Below, piece by piece: positions 52,702 through 64,000 of a DNA stretch of 64,000 nt. Position 1 is the stretch's first letter. Each line of letters starts with the position of its first letter. Under the pieces are notes generated by a model. The model made no database searches, was not told the origin of the DNA, and worked only from the letters and a program-made list of their open reading frames with translations. The position numbers were made by a program, and so were the translations under genes. Source of the DNA: Heterodontus francisci (taxonomy: Eukaryota); assembly GCF_036365525.1 (NCBI RefSeq), contig NC_090404.1:4650001-4714000 (forward strand), written 5' to 3'.

Positions 52702-53684
52702 AAATATATCATGTGGGTATCGCACACTGTGGTCCCAAATTCAAATGTCCTTAACTCCTTCAGCCACATTCCCCAGAGCCTCTCCATTTAGTCCATTCAT
52801 GCACTATTGTTCACGAGTTCAGTACATCAGTGAGATTTACTGAGGCTGATGGTTTAGGGTCCCTGTTATAAGAACATGAGAAATATGGGCACGAGTAGGC
52901 CCTTCAGCCGCTCAAGCCTGCTCCGCCATTTAAGAATATCATGGCTGATCTTGTTGTGGTCTTAACACCACTTTCTTGCTTGACCCGAAACCTTCCGCAA
53001 CCAATCCCTGATAACCCTTGATTCCCTTGTCGATCAAAAATGGGTGACCATGATATCATTGTCGATTGTTGTGAAGACCCATCTGATGCACTATTGTCAT
53101 TCAGGGAAGGAAATGTGCTGTCCTTATCTGTTCTGGACTACATGTGACTCCAGACCCACGCCGATGTGGTTGACTCTTAACTGTCCTCTGAAATGGACTA
53201 GCCCGCCACTCAGTTCAAGGGCAATTAGGGATGGGCAATAAATGCTGGCCTATCCAGCGACGCCCACATCGCAGGAACAAATTAAAAATTGTTCGAATAA
53301 TACAATTCCCAGAATGGCAGAGTTATTCTCGTGTTGGATTCAAGGTCACACCCACAGACATTGAATGTACTAACTATAACAAAAACAAAAAGTGCTGGAA
53401 AAGCTCAGCAGATCTGGCAGCATCTGTGGAGAGAGAAGCAAAGTTCACGTTTCAGGTCTGTGACCTTTCATCAAAACTGGCAAAGTTTAGAAAAGAATTT
53501 CCTCCTGTTCACTGTACTGACTACCTGCCGTTCTGAACCATATGGGGGAATGACCTGAGAGGTCCGGACTCTGCCTGATTTAACACTGTATCTATAATGG
53601 AAGTTTAACTGTTGAATGCCTGGAGTTCCATTTACTTATTCCTCCTTGATCTATATTTTAATGAGCAATGACCCTTGACCATCA

Positions 53685-54165
53685 GCCGTGGCATGGTTGG
53701 TAGCACTCTCCCCACTGCGTTTGCAGGTCCCAGTTTCATGTTCTACTCCAGGACCTGAGCACAAAAATTACATTGGAACTACAGTGGACTGCTGCACTGT
53801 CAGAGGTATCGATTTTCGGATGGGAAAAGAACCCAAGGCGCTGTCTGCTCTCTCAGGTGTGAAGGATCCCATGGCACTATTTCGAACAAGTGCTGGTGAG
53901 TTCTACCAGGTGTTCTGATCAGTATTTATCCTTCAACCGACCTCACGAAACAGATTATCTGGTCATTGTCGTATTGCTGTTATTGGAGGGGCAGAGTGGC
54001 CTGCTGCTGCTCCCAATTCGCATGTTCGTCTGCTTGCTGTGTGCAAATTGGCTGCTGCATTTCCTACATTGCATCAGTGATGGTAGTTCACAAGTAGTTC
54101 ATTAGTTGCAACGTTTTTGAGACGTCCTGTGGTCGTGAAAGGCCCGAGAGAAATGCAACAATTTT
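53685..54165 (+). mobile_element. tRNA-headed SINE (DeuSINE-like)
   Basis: GCCGTGGCATGGTTGGTAGCAC head; core TTGCTGTGTGCAAATTGGCTGCTGCATTTCCTACATT; AGAAATGCAA end. Confidence 0.6.
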
Positions 54166-54479
54166 TGGTCTTTTTTACGAACGATAGTTGTAAAAAGGAG
54201 TGATGGATTGAGCAAGTAAATCATACACTGCTCGAATGATAAAGCTGAGAAGGAGGCCATTCAGCCTTTCAGGACTGCACCAGCTCTTTGACAAACTATC
54301 CAATTACTCCACTCCCCCCCTGCTATTTCGCCAAAACCGTGCATTCTTTTTCCATTTGAAATATCTATGAAATTCCCTTTCAAAAGTTATTGTTCAATCT
54401 ACTTCCCCCTTTTCAGGAATTGCATTCCAGATCATAACAATTTCCTCTGTCATTTGTCTTCCTCCTCATATCGCCTAGA

Positions 54480-55750
54480 CTCATAGAATTAGAGAGTCAT
54501 TTACGGCACAGACGGAAGCCATTCGGCCCATTGAGTACATGCTGGCTCTCCACAGAGCTTTTCAGTCAGTGCCCCACTGCCCCACTCGATCCTCGTAGCC
54601 CTGCAAGTCTATTTCCTTCAAATGACCATCCAGTTTCCTTTTGAAGTCATTTATTGTCTCTGCTTCCACCACCTTTGTGGACAGCAATTTCCAAGTCATT
54701 ACCACCCGCTGTGTTACAGCGTTCCTCTTCATATTCCCCTTGCATCTATTGTCCAAAGCCTTCATTCTGTGTCTCCTAGTCCTTGTACCATTAGTTAATG
54801 TGAACGACTTTTCCTCCTCTAATATAAAATAAAACAAGAAATGCTGGAAATACTCAGCAGTATTTACACTCAGAACGGTATGTTAATGCCTTTGTTCCAT
54901 GACCTTGTGGTCAGTTATTCTCTGTGATCCGATCTTATCAACACCTTCACCTTTGTTATCTCTTGCCCCACCCCCGCTTCACTTGCTTAAAAACTTTTAC
55001 ATTTCTAATATTTGTTAGTTCTGATGAAGGGTCACTGACCGGAAACATTAACTCTGTTTATCTCTGCACAGATGCTGCCAGACCTGCTGAGAATATCCAG
55101 CATTTCTTGTTTTTATTTCAGATTTCCAGCATCTGCAGTATTTTGCTTTTATTTTCCACCTCGAACTTGCCTAAATCTGTCATAATCTTGTACATGTTTA
55201 TTAATCTCCCCTCAACCTCTTTTGTTTGAAGAAGAATAAGCTCAGTTTTTCCAACTTAACCTTGTCACTAAAATCCTCCATCCCCAGAACTATTCTAATA
55301 AATCTCTGTCAAGGACTCTCACATGCTTCCAAAAGTGTGGTGACCAGAACTGGACGCAATACTCCAGCATTGGCCTGACCTGAGCTTTATAAATGTTCAG
55401 CGTAACTTCCCTGCTTTTGTACTCAATACCTGTGTTTATGAAGCCCAAGATCCCATATGCTTGCCTAACCACTCTCTCAAGATGTTGTGCCACCTTCAAA
55501 GATCAATGCACATGCATCCCAATGTCCCCCTGTTCCTGTACACTCTTTAGAACTATGCCATTAAGTAAATGCTGCCTCTCCCTTTTCCTTCTGCCAAAAT
55601 GCATCACCTGCCACTTGTCTGTCCACTCTGCTGACCTATCTATGTCCTGTTGCAGTCGTTATATATCATCCTCACTACTTGCCATACCTCCACGTTTGGT
55701 GTCATCTGCAAATTTGGAGATTCTACTCCATGTTCCAAGATCCAAGTCTA
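54480..55750 (-). mobile_element. CR1 3' region with inserted PLE terminal fragment (about 54825-55155)
   Basis: LEYCVQFWSPH; TQRVVMTW; PLE terminal motif inside. Confidence 0.8.
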
Positions 55751-57943
55751 CGTAGCTTTTGGTTATATTGCTATTTACCTTGAATTTTTGTCCTCTCGTT
55801 ATCAACCGTTCTACCATTGGAAATATTTTCAATTTACATATTCTATCAAACGCACCAACGCTCCTCAGACAGCACCTTCCAAACCCACAACCTCTACCAC
55901 CTCGAATGACAAGAGTACCAGATGCATGGGACCATCACAGGGCGGCACAGTGGCGCAGCAGTTAGCACTGCAGCTTCACAGCTCCAGCGACCCGGCTTCA
56001 ATTCTGGGTACTGCCAGTGTGGAGTTTGCAAGTTCTCCCACATCCAAAAGACTTGCAGGTAAATAGGTAAATTGGCCATTATAAATTGTCCCTAGTATAG
56101 GTAAGTGGTAGGGGAATATAGAGATAGGTGAGCATGTGGTAGGAATATGGGATTAGAGGAGGAATGGCATAAATGGGTGGTTAATGGTAGGCACAGACTT
56201 GGTGGGCCGAAAGGCCTGTTTCAGTGCTGGAAATCAAAATCAAATCACCACCTGCAAGTTCCCATCCAAATCACACACCATCCTGACTTGGAACTATATC
56301 GCTGTTCCTTCACTGTCGCTGGGTCAATATCCTGGAACTCCCTTCCTAACAGCACTGCGGGTGTAGCTACCTCACATGAACTGCAGTGGTTCAAGAAGGC
56401 AGCTCATCACCACCTTTTCAAGGGCAATTAGGGATGGGCAATAAATGCTGGCCTAGGCAGGGATGCCCACATCCCATGAATAAAAAAAAATCAAAACATC
56501 TCTATGAAATCTCCTTTTAACCTTTTCTTCTCTCAGCAGAACAAACTTTGCTGCTTCAGTCTCTCCATCTAACAGAAATCTTTATCCTTGGTACCATTTT
56601 AGAACATTTCTCTGGACCATCTCCAAGGCCTTGAAGTCCTTCTGAAAAAGTGGTACCCAGAAATGAACACAATACTCCAGCTGCGGCCAACTGGTGTTTT
56701 GTAAAAGTTTAGCATAATCATAATTTTTCTGCTGGAGTCGTCTATGACTTGGTGCAATGAGAACTGAGGTAAGGGCTAATGTAATATAAACAGATGGATG
56801 GTGCGGTGTAGTAATAACTGAGACAGGATCTAGTGCAATATAAATTGACACATTATGCAATGCAAGAATAAAAGAGATATTGTGCAGCGTAATATAGATG
56901 GCTATGTGACATTGAGTAATATAAACAGCGGAATCATTTTGTGTAATAGGTTTAGAGCCATGCTTAAATATATTACATGATCTGCAATTACGTTTTGAAT
57001 AAAAGGAAATAAAATGCTAAACTATAATTTGTGAAGGTAATTATCCATCTTTGTTGAATCCATTGAGAAGTATTAATAATGATGTGCTTTCTACACAAAC
57101 GCACACATTTTACATATACACATATACAATTACACATACATGTACACTTACATGTGTGTTTGTGTGTGCTCGATTAGTTTTCGGTTGTTCCCATCTAGCA
57201 GCTGAGAGCTATGGAATTAGGTTAAAGTTACACTAGACTCTGCCTCCTTTGTTACTGCACTAGACACTGCTGCAGTTTATATTACAGTAGACATTATCTC
57301 AGTTGGCATTGCATTAGACATCTCTTTGTTTATTTTGCACACGACTCATTCTAGTTTACTGCTGCACTTGACCATGCTTCAACTTATATTACACAAGGCC
57401 CTGCCTCAGTTGTTTCTGCAATGCACCATATCTCTGTTTATATTACACTGGACTCTGTCCCAGCATACTACATTAGACCATGTGCAGTTATTACTGCAGG
57501 AGACCATTTGTCTGTTTATAATACATAGGCTTTGCTCAGTTGTTACTACTAGATCATGTCCCACTTATATTACACGAAATCCTATCCCACCAATATTGTA
57601 CTAGACCATGTTGCTTTTTATATTATGCTAGGTCTTGTCCCAGTTATTACTGCAGCAGCCCATAGGGTTGTGTTTTGTGGTCACGGTTCCAGACTCTGTC
57701 TGACACCGGCATTAGGTCAGACGAAACCTAAATAGAAAATCCTGCAGGGAAAACAATTCTTAACAATAGAAAGGAATTGTGAAAATTATCACAGTACAAC
57801 ACAAGTGATGGATTCGTAAACTTCAACACAACAGAATTTGTCAGTAAGCAGTATAAATTGCTTAATTTTAGTCCTATCCCTCAACCCAGTTCATCTCTGG
57901 GAGATTGTCACAAGATTCGCCCCATCCTTTCAACAAAAATATT

Positions 57944-59216
57944 GGTCATGTCTTACCAACTTAATAGAATTCTTTGAGGAAGTGACAAAGTTGATTGATG
58001 AGGGAAGTGCTGTAGATGTCATATACATGGACTTCAGTAAGGCGTTTGATAAGGTTCCCCATGGTAGGCTGATGGAGAAAGTGAAGTCGCATGGGGTCCG
58101 GGGTGTACTAGCTAGATGGATAAAGAACTGGCTGGGCAACAGGAGACAGAGAGTCGGAGTGGAAGGGAGTTTCTCAAAATGGATACGTGTGACCAGTGGT
58201 GTTCCACAGGGATCCGTGCTGGGACCACTGTTGTTTGTGATATACATAAATGATTTGGAGGAACGTATAGGTGGTCTGATTAGCAAGTTTGCAGACGACA
58301 CTATGATTGGTGGAGTTGCAGATAGTGAAGGGGACAGTCAGATAATACAGCACAATATAGATAGATTGGAGACTTGGGCAGATAAATGGCAGATGGAGTT
58401 CAATCAAGGCAAATGTGAGGTGATGCATTTTGGAAGATCCAATTCAATAGTGAACAATACAGTAAATGGAAAAGTCCTGGGGAAAATTGATGTCCAGAGA
58501 GATTTGGGTGTTCAGATCCATTGTTCCCTGAAGGTGGCAACGCAGGTCAATAGAGTGGTCAAGAAGCATCCGGCATGCTTTCCTTCATCGGACGGGGTAT
58601 TGAGTACAAGGGTTGGCAGGTCATGTTACAGTTGTATAAGACTTTGGTTCAGCAACATTTGGAATACTGCGTGCAGTTCAGGTCGCCACATTACCAAAAG
58701 GATGTGGATGCTTTGGAGAGGGTGCAGAGGAGGTTCACCAGGATGTTGCCTGGTATGGAGGGCACTAGCTATGAAGAGAGGTTGAGTAGATCAGGATTAT
58801 TTTTATTAGAAAGACGGAGGTTGAGGGCGGACCTGATTGAGGTGTACAAAATCAAGAGAGGTTTCGACAGGGTGGATAGCAAGAAGCTTTTTCTCAGAGT
58901 GGGGGATTCAATTACTAGGGGTCACGAGTTCAAAGTGAGAGGGGAAAAGTTTAGGGGGGATATGCGTGGAAAGTTCTTTCCGCAGAGGGTGGTGGGTGCC
59001 TGGAACACGTTGCCAGTGGAAGTGGTAGACGCGGGCATGATCGCGTCTTTTAAGATGTATCTAGACAGATACATGAATGGGCAGGAAGCAAAGAGATACA
59101 GACCCTTAGAAAATAGGCGGCATGTTTAGACAGAGGAACTGGATCGGCGCAGGCTTGGAGGGCCGAAGGGCCTGTTCCTGTGCTGTAATTTTCTTTGTTC
59201 TTTCTTTGTTCTTTGT
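57944..59216 (+). mobile_element. Young 5'-truncated CR1 insertion
   Basis: SCLTNLIEFFEE...GVPQGSVLGP...FADD; (TTCTTTG)n tail; near-identical to 21623-22367 and 29308-30187. Confidence 0.93.
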
Positions 59217-59529
59217 ATTACCCACATAATACCAGAGCAATTAGAAATTGCACACCACTGCTTATCGCTATGAACAAGATTAAACGTATTCTTACAACCA
59301 AAAATGATTGCACCACACACAGACATATATTTTCATTTATATTCCTATCCATCTATCTATATAAAAGTTAAATGGTCTGGTGCCGTAAAATAACTGAGAC
59401 ACGGCCTCGTATAAACAAACGACAAAGACATGGTTTAATGTAATTAAACAGAGTTATGGTTTAATGCGATATTCAATTCAATTCAATACCATTTTATTGA
59501 TGATAAGTTGAATAGGAGAGAACAGAGTG

Positions 59530-59950
59530 GAGATGTGGTGGCCAAGTGACATACACCAATATACTACTCAGAAAATTAAAATCCTTTTGAGTAGAACCCG
59601 TAATCATGAAACTCTTCTATACAGTTGTTGTTTTGGGTGCTGTCCTTTTTGGATCTCTTTCCTGGTACTGTTGTCTTCGGAATGTAGATACTTTCAGGGT
59701 ACAGAGATTTCTGAACCAAGCAGGAATGGTAGTGATGAGCAGATATTTCTTGGCAACATCTGCTCTCAAAGAATTTGTACAAAAGAACATTATGAACAGT
59801 AAGAATCGCCCCTTGTCTCAATTTTACTTTTCAAAGCGTTCAGGGAAAAGGCTACAATCCCTTAAACGTAGGACAAATCGGTTCTTGAACTCGTTCGTGC
59901 CTTTCTCTGAAATAACTTTTAACGGGAGCTTGATAAATGGATGACCATAT
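59530..59950 (+). mobile_element. Rex1/Babar-type LINE C-terminal fragment
   Basis: LFYTVVVLGAVLFGSLSWY...SGKRLQSLKRRTNRFLNSFVP. Confidence 0.65.
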
Positions 59951-61429
59951 CCATTCATTAAGGGACTCATTGATTATTTTCATGTCTTGAAATTAGTTTT
60001 AAACATCTATTTTAATCAACTTAGACTTTGTGTGATAGGGTAATTTTCTTTCTTTTTATTGCTATTGTCCATATGCAATTTTAAAGTGTGCAATGTTATT
60101 CCGATCGAGCAGCTGAGAGTTATGGCATTAGCTGGATTTTAGCATCCTGCACCAGCCCATCTGGCGGTGCTGTGTGGTCACGGTTCCAGACCCTGTCTGA
60201 CACAGTCAGTTGGTCAGATGAAAGCTAAACAGAATATCCTGCAGGGAAAACATCCCTCAGCAATAAAAGGAATCTGTGAGCAATTTTCACAGTACAACAC
60301 AACAGTGAATTCGTAAACTTTAACACAAAGTTTATCACTAAGTAGAGTAAAGTTCATTACACCTTTAGTCTGGTCCCTCAATCCCAGTTGATCGCTGGGA
60401 GATGGTTACATTACGCAAGTTGACGCTGACCATTGTTTGTAAAATTTAGCAACATCATTATTTTTCTACTCGTCATCTACGGCCTCGTGAAATGAGAACT
60501 GAAACAAGGCCTATTTTAATGTAAACAGATACATGGTCCGGTAGTACACATTACATGACACTCGGCCCTGTTTACATTACATTTGGCCCTATTTCTGTTG
60601 ATGTTACTGTGGTCTTGTCTCAGTTTTAAATGCAGAAACGTTTGACTCTTAGTATAGCAAACAAGATTCTGTCTCAGTCATTACTGCACTAGGCCAACTC
60701 CCTCTCTCTCTCCCTCTCTGTTTATAATGCACCACCTCCTCTCCCAGTTACTAAACCATGTCTCTATTTCCATTGCTCCAGACCCTGCCTCTGTTATTAC
60801 TCAACTAAATTAATTCTGCTGATATTTCACTGTCCCAGTTTATGTTACTAGAGATGCTGCCTCCTTTATTGTTGCACTAGACTACGCTTCTACTCACATT
60901 TCACAAGGCCCTGTCTCACATATTACTACACTGGGCCATATCTCTGTTTCTATTAAGCAAAGCCCTGTCTCAGCTTACAACATAAGACCATGTGCTGTTA
61001 TTAGTGTAGGAGACCATTTCTCTGTTTATAATACATATTGAATTAAGTAAATGCTTTAAAAATTGGTGACGATAATTACTTATATTTATGGAGTTGAAAA
61101 CAATATGGTGTGCTTTGCACAGATACAAATGGGGTTACTTTGGTGAGAGAGTGAAACCAGGGGCTAAATGGGGACTGTGCTAATGAAAAGCCCTTGTTTG
61201 AATGTCTGCATTTAGCATCCAATTTCCATCTAATTGCTGATTGCCATAAAATTGAACTTGTCTGGAAATGCTAAACCAGAGACCAGCAGCTTCAGCACTC
61301 AGATGCTGATTAACCACAATATTCTTGAATCAATATATGTGGGCTCCATGCACACACTTCTACTATAAGTGTGAGGTTGGCGTCCTGACACACGGTAACA
61401 AGTTTCAGGGTGGCTCAGGAACCAACTGA

Positions 61430-61670
61430 GTGGCTGCACAGATTCTCAGAAATCCTTGTAGGTCCTGGTGGAGGAGATCCAGGAGAGGAGGGATGTCCTG
61501 TACCCGCAATGTACCCTTCTGTCTCACTATCCTGCAGCAGCTGGTGCAACTCTGCCTGGCCTCATTTCCTCCTCCCATTCGTACACCAGGATGCCGATGA
61601 CCTCGCTGTGAAGGCCATTCCTTGAGAGGCAGGTTCTGCCACAAGTGGCGGAACCCCTTCAACCAAGATC
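61430..61670 (+). mobile_element. Possible Harbinger/PIF Myb-SANT remnant
   Basis: RFS.../L*VLVEEIQERRDVLYP resembles the Myb/SANT-like ORF of Harbinger transposons. Confidence 0.45.
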
Positions 61671-61919
61671 AACAAATTAAACGAACAAACGTTCAGCCAT
61701 CTTGCTCTGTTACAAATTTCTCTGTGCAGAAATCGGCCACATTCATCTGGAATTAGTTGCACTTCAAATTTTGGGACCTCCTAGAGAAGGTGATGGGCTG
61801 GTACATCAACGCAAGTTGTTTCTTGGTGTATTAATATCAGAAGCAGTAACTGACATCGACATTTTCACAAGAGGAGCAATGGCCAAACACAACCACAAGG
61901 TGTCAGTGAAAGCCCGATT

Positions 61920-63500
61920 GTTTACATTACTTGAAACAGGTGCTGCCTTCATTATTACTGCTCCAGATCCTGTTTCTGTTTATATTACACTCGATGCTGT
62001 CTCTGTTTATATTAAGCTGGAACTTGCTTATGTCTATATTATACTAGATGTTGTCACTGTTTATATTATGTTAGGTCATTTTCCAATTCGTATTCCAACA
62101 ACCATTGTCTCTGAACATATAAAAACAGTCCATTGTTCAGCTATCCCGACATTGGCCCAATCTCAGGTGTTAATACTCTGGACCATGTTCCAGCTTGCAC
62201 CACACAATACCCTGTCTAGGTCATTCCTGCACGAGATCACATTTCTGTTTCTATCACACAAAGCCCTGTCTCTGTTATTACTGTGATGAACCATCTCTCT
62301 GTTACTACTACACGGAATTCTGTCTCACCTAGTGCTGCACTTGTCCATGTCTCAGATCATTGAAATCGAGGTTCTGTATCAATAATTACTGCACTGGACC
62401 TTGTCTCGGTTTTTCTTCTAATGGACCCTGTCTCACGTTCTATCATGTCCCTGTTCTCATTACACAAGACTCTGTCCCAATTATTATTGCACTCGACAGA
62501 TTTCAGATTACACTTGATCATGTATCTGTTTAACTTACACCAGAACATGTCTGTTAATACTACACGAGACACAATCTCAGTTTTTACTGAGCTAGATCCA
62601 GTGTTGGTTCATATTACCGTATATCTTGTATCAATAATTGGTGCACTGGAGCCTGTCTCAGTATTCCTGCACCAGGCCCTGTCCCTGTTTATATTACCAC
62701 AGTGCCTGTCTCTGATCATGTTGCACCAGTCCCTCTCTCAGTTATTACTGTTCTGGACCCTATCTCAGCTGCTACTACACAGGACTATGCCTCTGTTTAT
62801 ATTAAGTTCGGCAAAGTCTCTGTTATTGCTGCACCAAACCCTGTGTCTGTTTATAGTACACTAAACCCAGTCTCAATTAGTGCTGGACCATTCAATGTCT
62901 CCGTTCATATTACACTGGAACATGTCCCTGTTAATACTCCACTTGCACATGTCCCTGTTCGTATTAAAATAAGTCTTGTCTTTTCATTACTAATGTGTTT
63001 ATATTGCAATTAGAACACTCTCTGTTTATATTACACAGGACCCTGTCTCTTTTTATATGACACTTGACCCTGTCTCTTTTTATATTACACTGGACCCTGT
63101 CTCTGTTTATATTCCATTTGACCCTTTCTCTGTTTATATTACACTGGACCATGACTCAGTTACGACTGCACTTCGTTGCATCTCTGTTTATATTACATTC
63201 GACCCTATCTCTGTTCTTACTACACCAGGCCTTGGCCCTGTTTATATTACACTCGACCTTATCTCTGTTCTTTCTGCACTAGGCCCTGTCTCGATTTATA
63301 TTACACTCGACCTTATCTCTGTTCTTTCTGCACCAAGCCCTGTCACTGTTTATATTACTCTCGGCCCTGTCTCTGTTTGCATTACACTCGGCCGTGCCTC
63401 TGTTTATATTAAACTAGGCCCTGTCTCTGTTTATATTACTTTGGACGCTGACTCTGTTTATATTACTGTTAACACTGTCTCTGTTTATATTTCACGAGAC
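61920..63500 (+). repeat. 27-bp minisatellite (consensus ~GACCCTGTCTCTGTTTATATTACACTG)
   Basis: Regular units at 63020-63500; decayed arrays at 57230-57660 and 60560-61030, and inverted at 2955-3370 and 56750-56960. Confidence 0.9.
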
Positions 63501-63509
63501 CCATTTCGG

Positions 63510-64000
63510 CAAAAGTGACCATAACGCTGGAAGGTTTAAGATAGTTATGGAAAATGACAAAGATAGACCAGAAATAAAGGTACTGAGTTGGGGGAAGGAC
63601 GATTTCAATACGATAAAATAGGATCTGGCCTAAGTGGACTGGGAGCCGCTACTTGGAGGAAATTCTACATCAGACCAGTGTGAGTCATTCAAAGGGGAAA
63701 CAGTGAGCGTTCAAAGACAACATGTACCCGTTAAGGTGAAGGGAACCCTGGATGTCAAGGGATATAGAGGATTGGATCAGGGAAAAAGGAAGCTTTTGGC
63801 AGATTCACAGCGCTGAAAGCAGTGGAGGTACTAGATGAGTATCGAAAGTGTAGCGGGGGGGGGGGTACTTAAAAAAGTAATTAGGAGAGAGAAGAGTAGA
63901 TAAGAAAAAACACTGGCAGGCTAGATAAAGGAAACTTCTAAAGCGTTTTCTAAGTATATTAAGGGTAAGAGGATAACCAGGGAAAGAGTAGGACCCATTA
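63510..64000 (+). mobile_element. CR1 ORF2 fragment running off the window
   Basis: DWEPLLGG...QHVPVKVK; FSKYIKGKRITRERVGP. Confidence 0.85.

Noticed and set aside
61702-63518. Long hydrophobic ORFs with 9-aa periodicity
   Set aside because: Translation of the 27-bp minisatellite; not a gene, and not a CRISPR array (no unique spacers).

Overview
Cartilaginous-fish genomic DNA. The constant-region sequence closely resembles horn shark (Heterodontus) IgM from memory; the species is not verified. The core is one complete, apparently intact, germline-unjoined IgM heavy-chain cluster on the minus strand (49612->34006): leader, VH(23-RSS), D1(12/22), D2(12/12), JH(23), CH1-CH4 with secretory tail, TM1 and TM2. 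All splice sites and frames check out. Downstream of the constant exons (13.1-23.6 kb) is an array of at least five decayed T-cell-receptor alpha/delta-type V segments, largely missed by the ORF track. Three plus-strand copies keep a CAC heptamer, an exact 23-bp spacer and a recognisable nonamer, oriented like the JH RSS, so they could pair with the cluster's D 12-RSSs by deletion or inversion. The rest is repeat-rich: nested CR1 LINEs, L2/CR1-clade and Rex/Babar fragments, Penelope-like elements with minimal hammerhead-ribozyme motifs, tRNA-derived SINEs, a tRNA-Glu pseudogene and satellites. A composite repeat module recurs at both ends about 57 kb apart. There is an assembly gap at 2820-2952.
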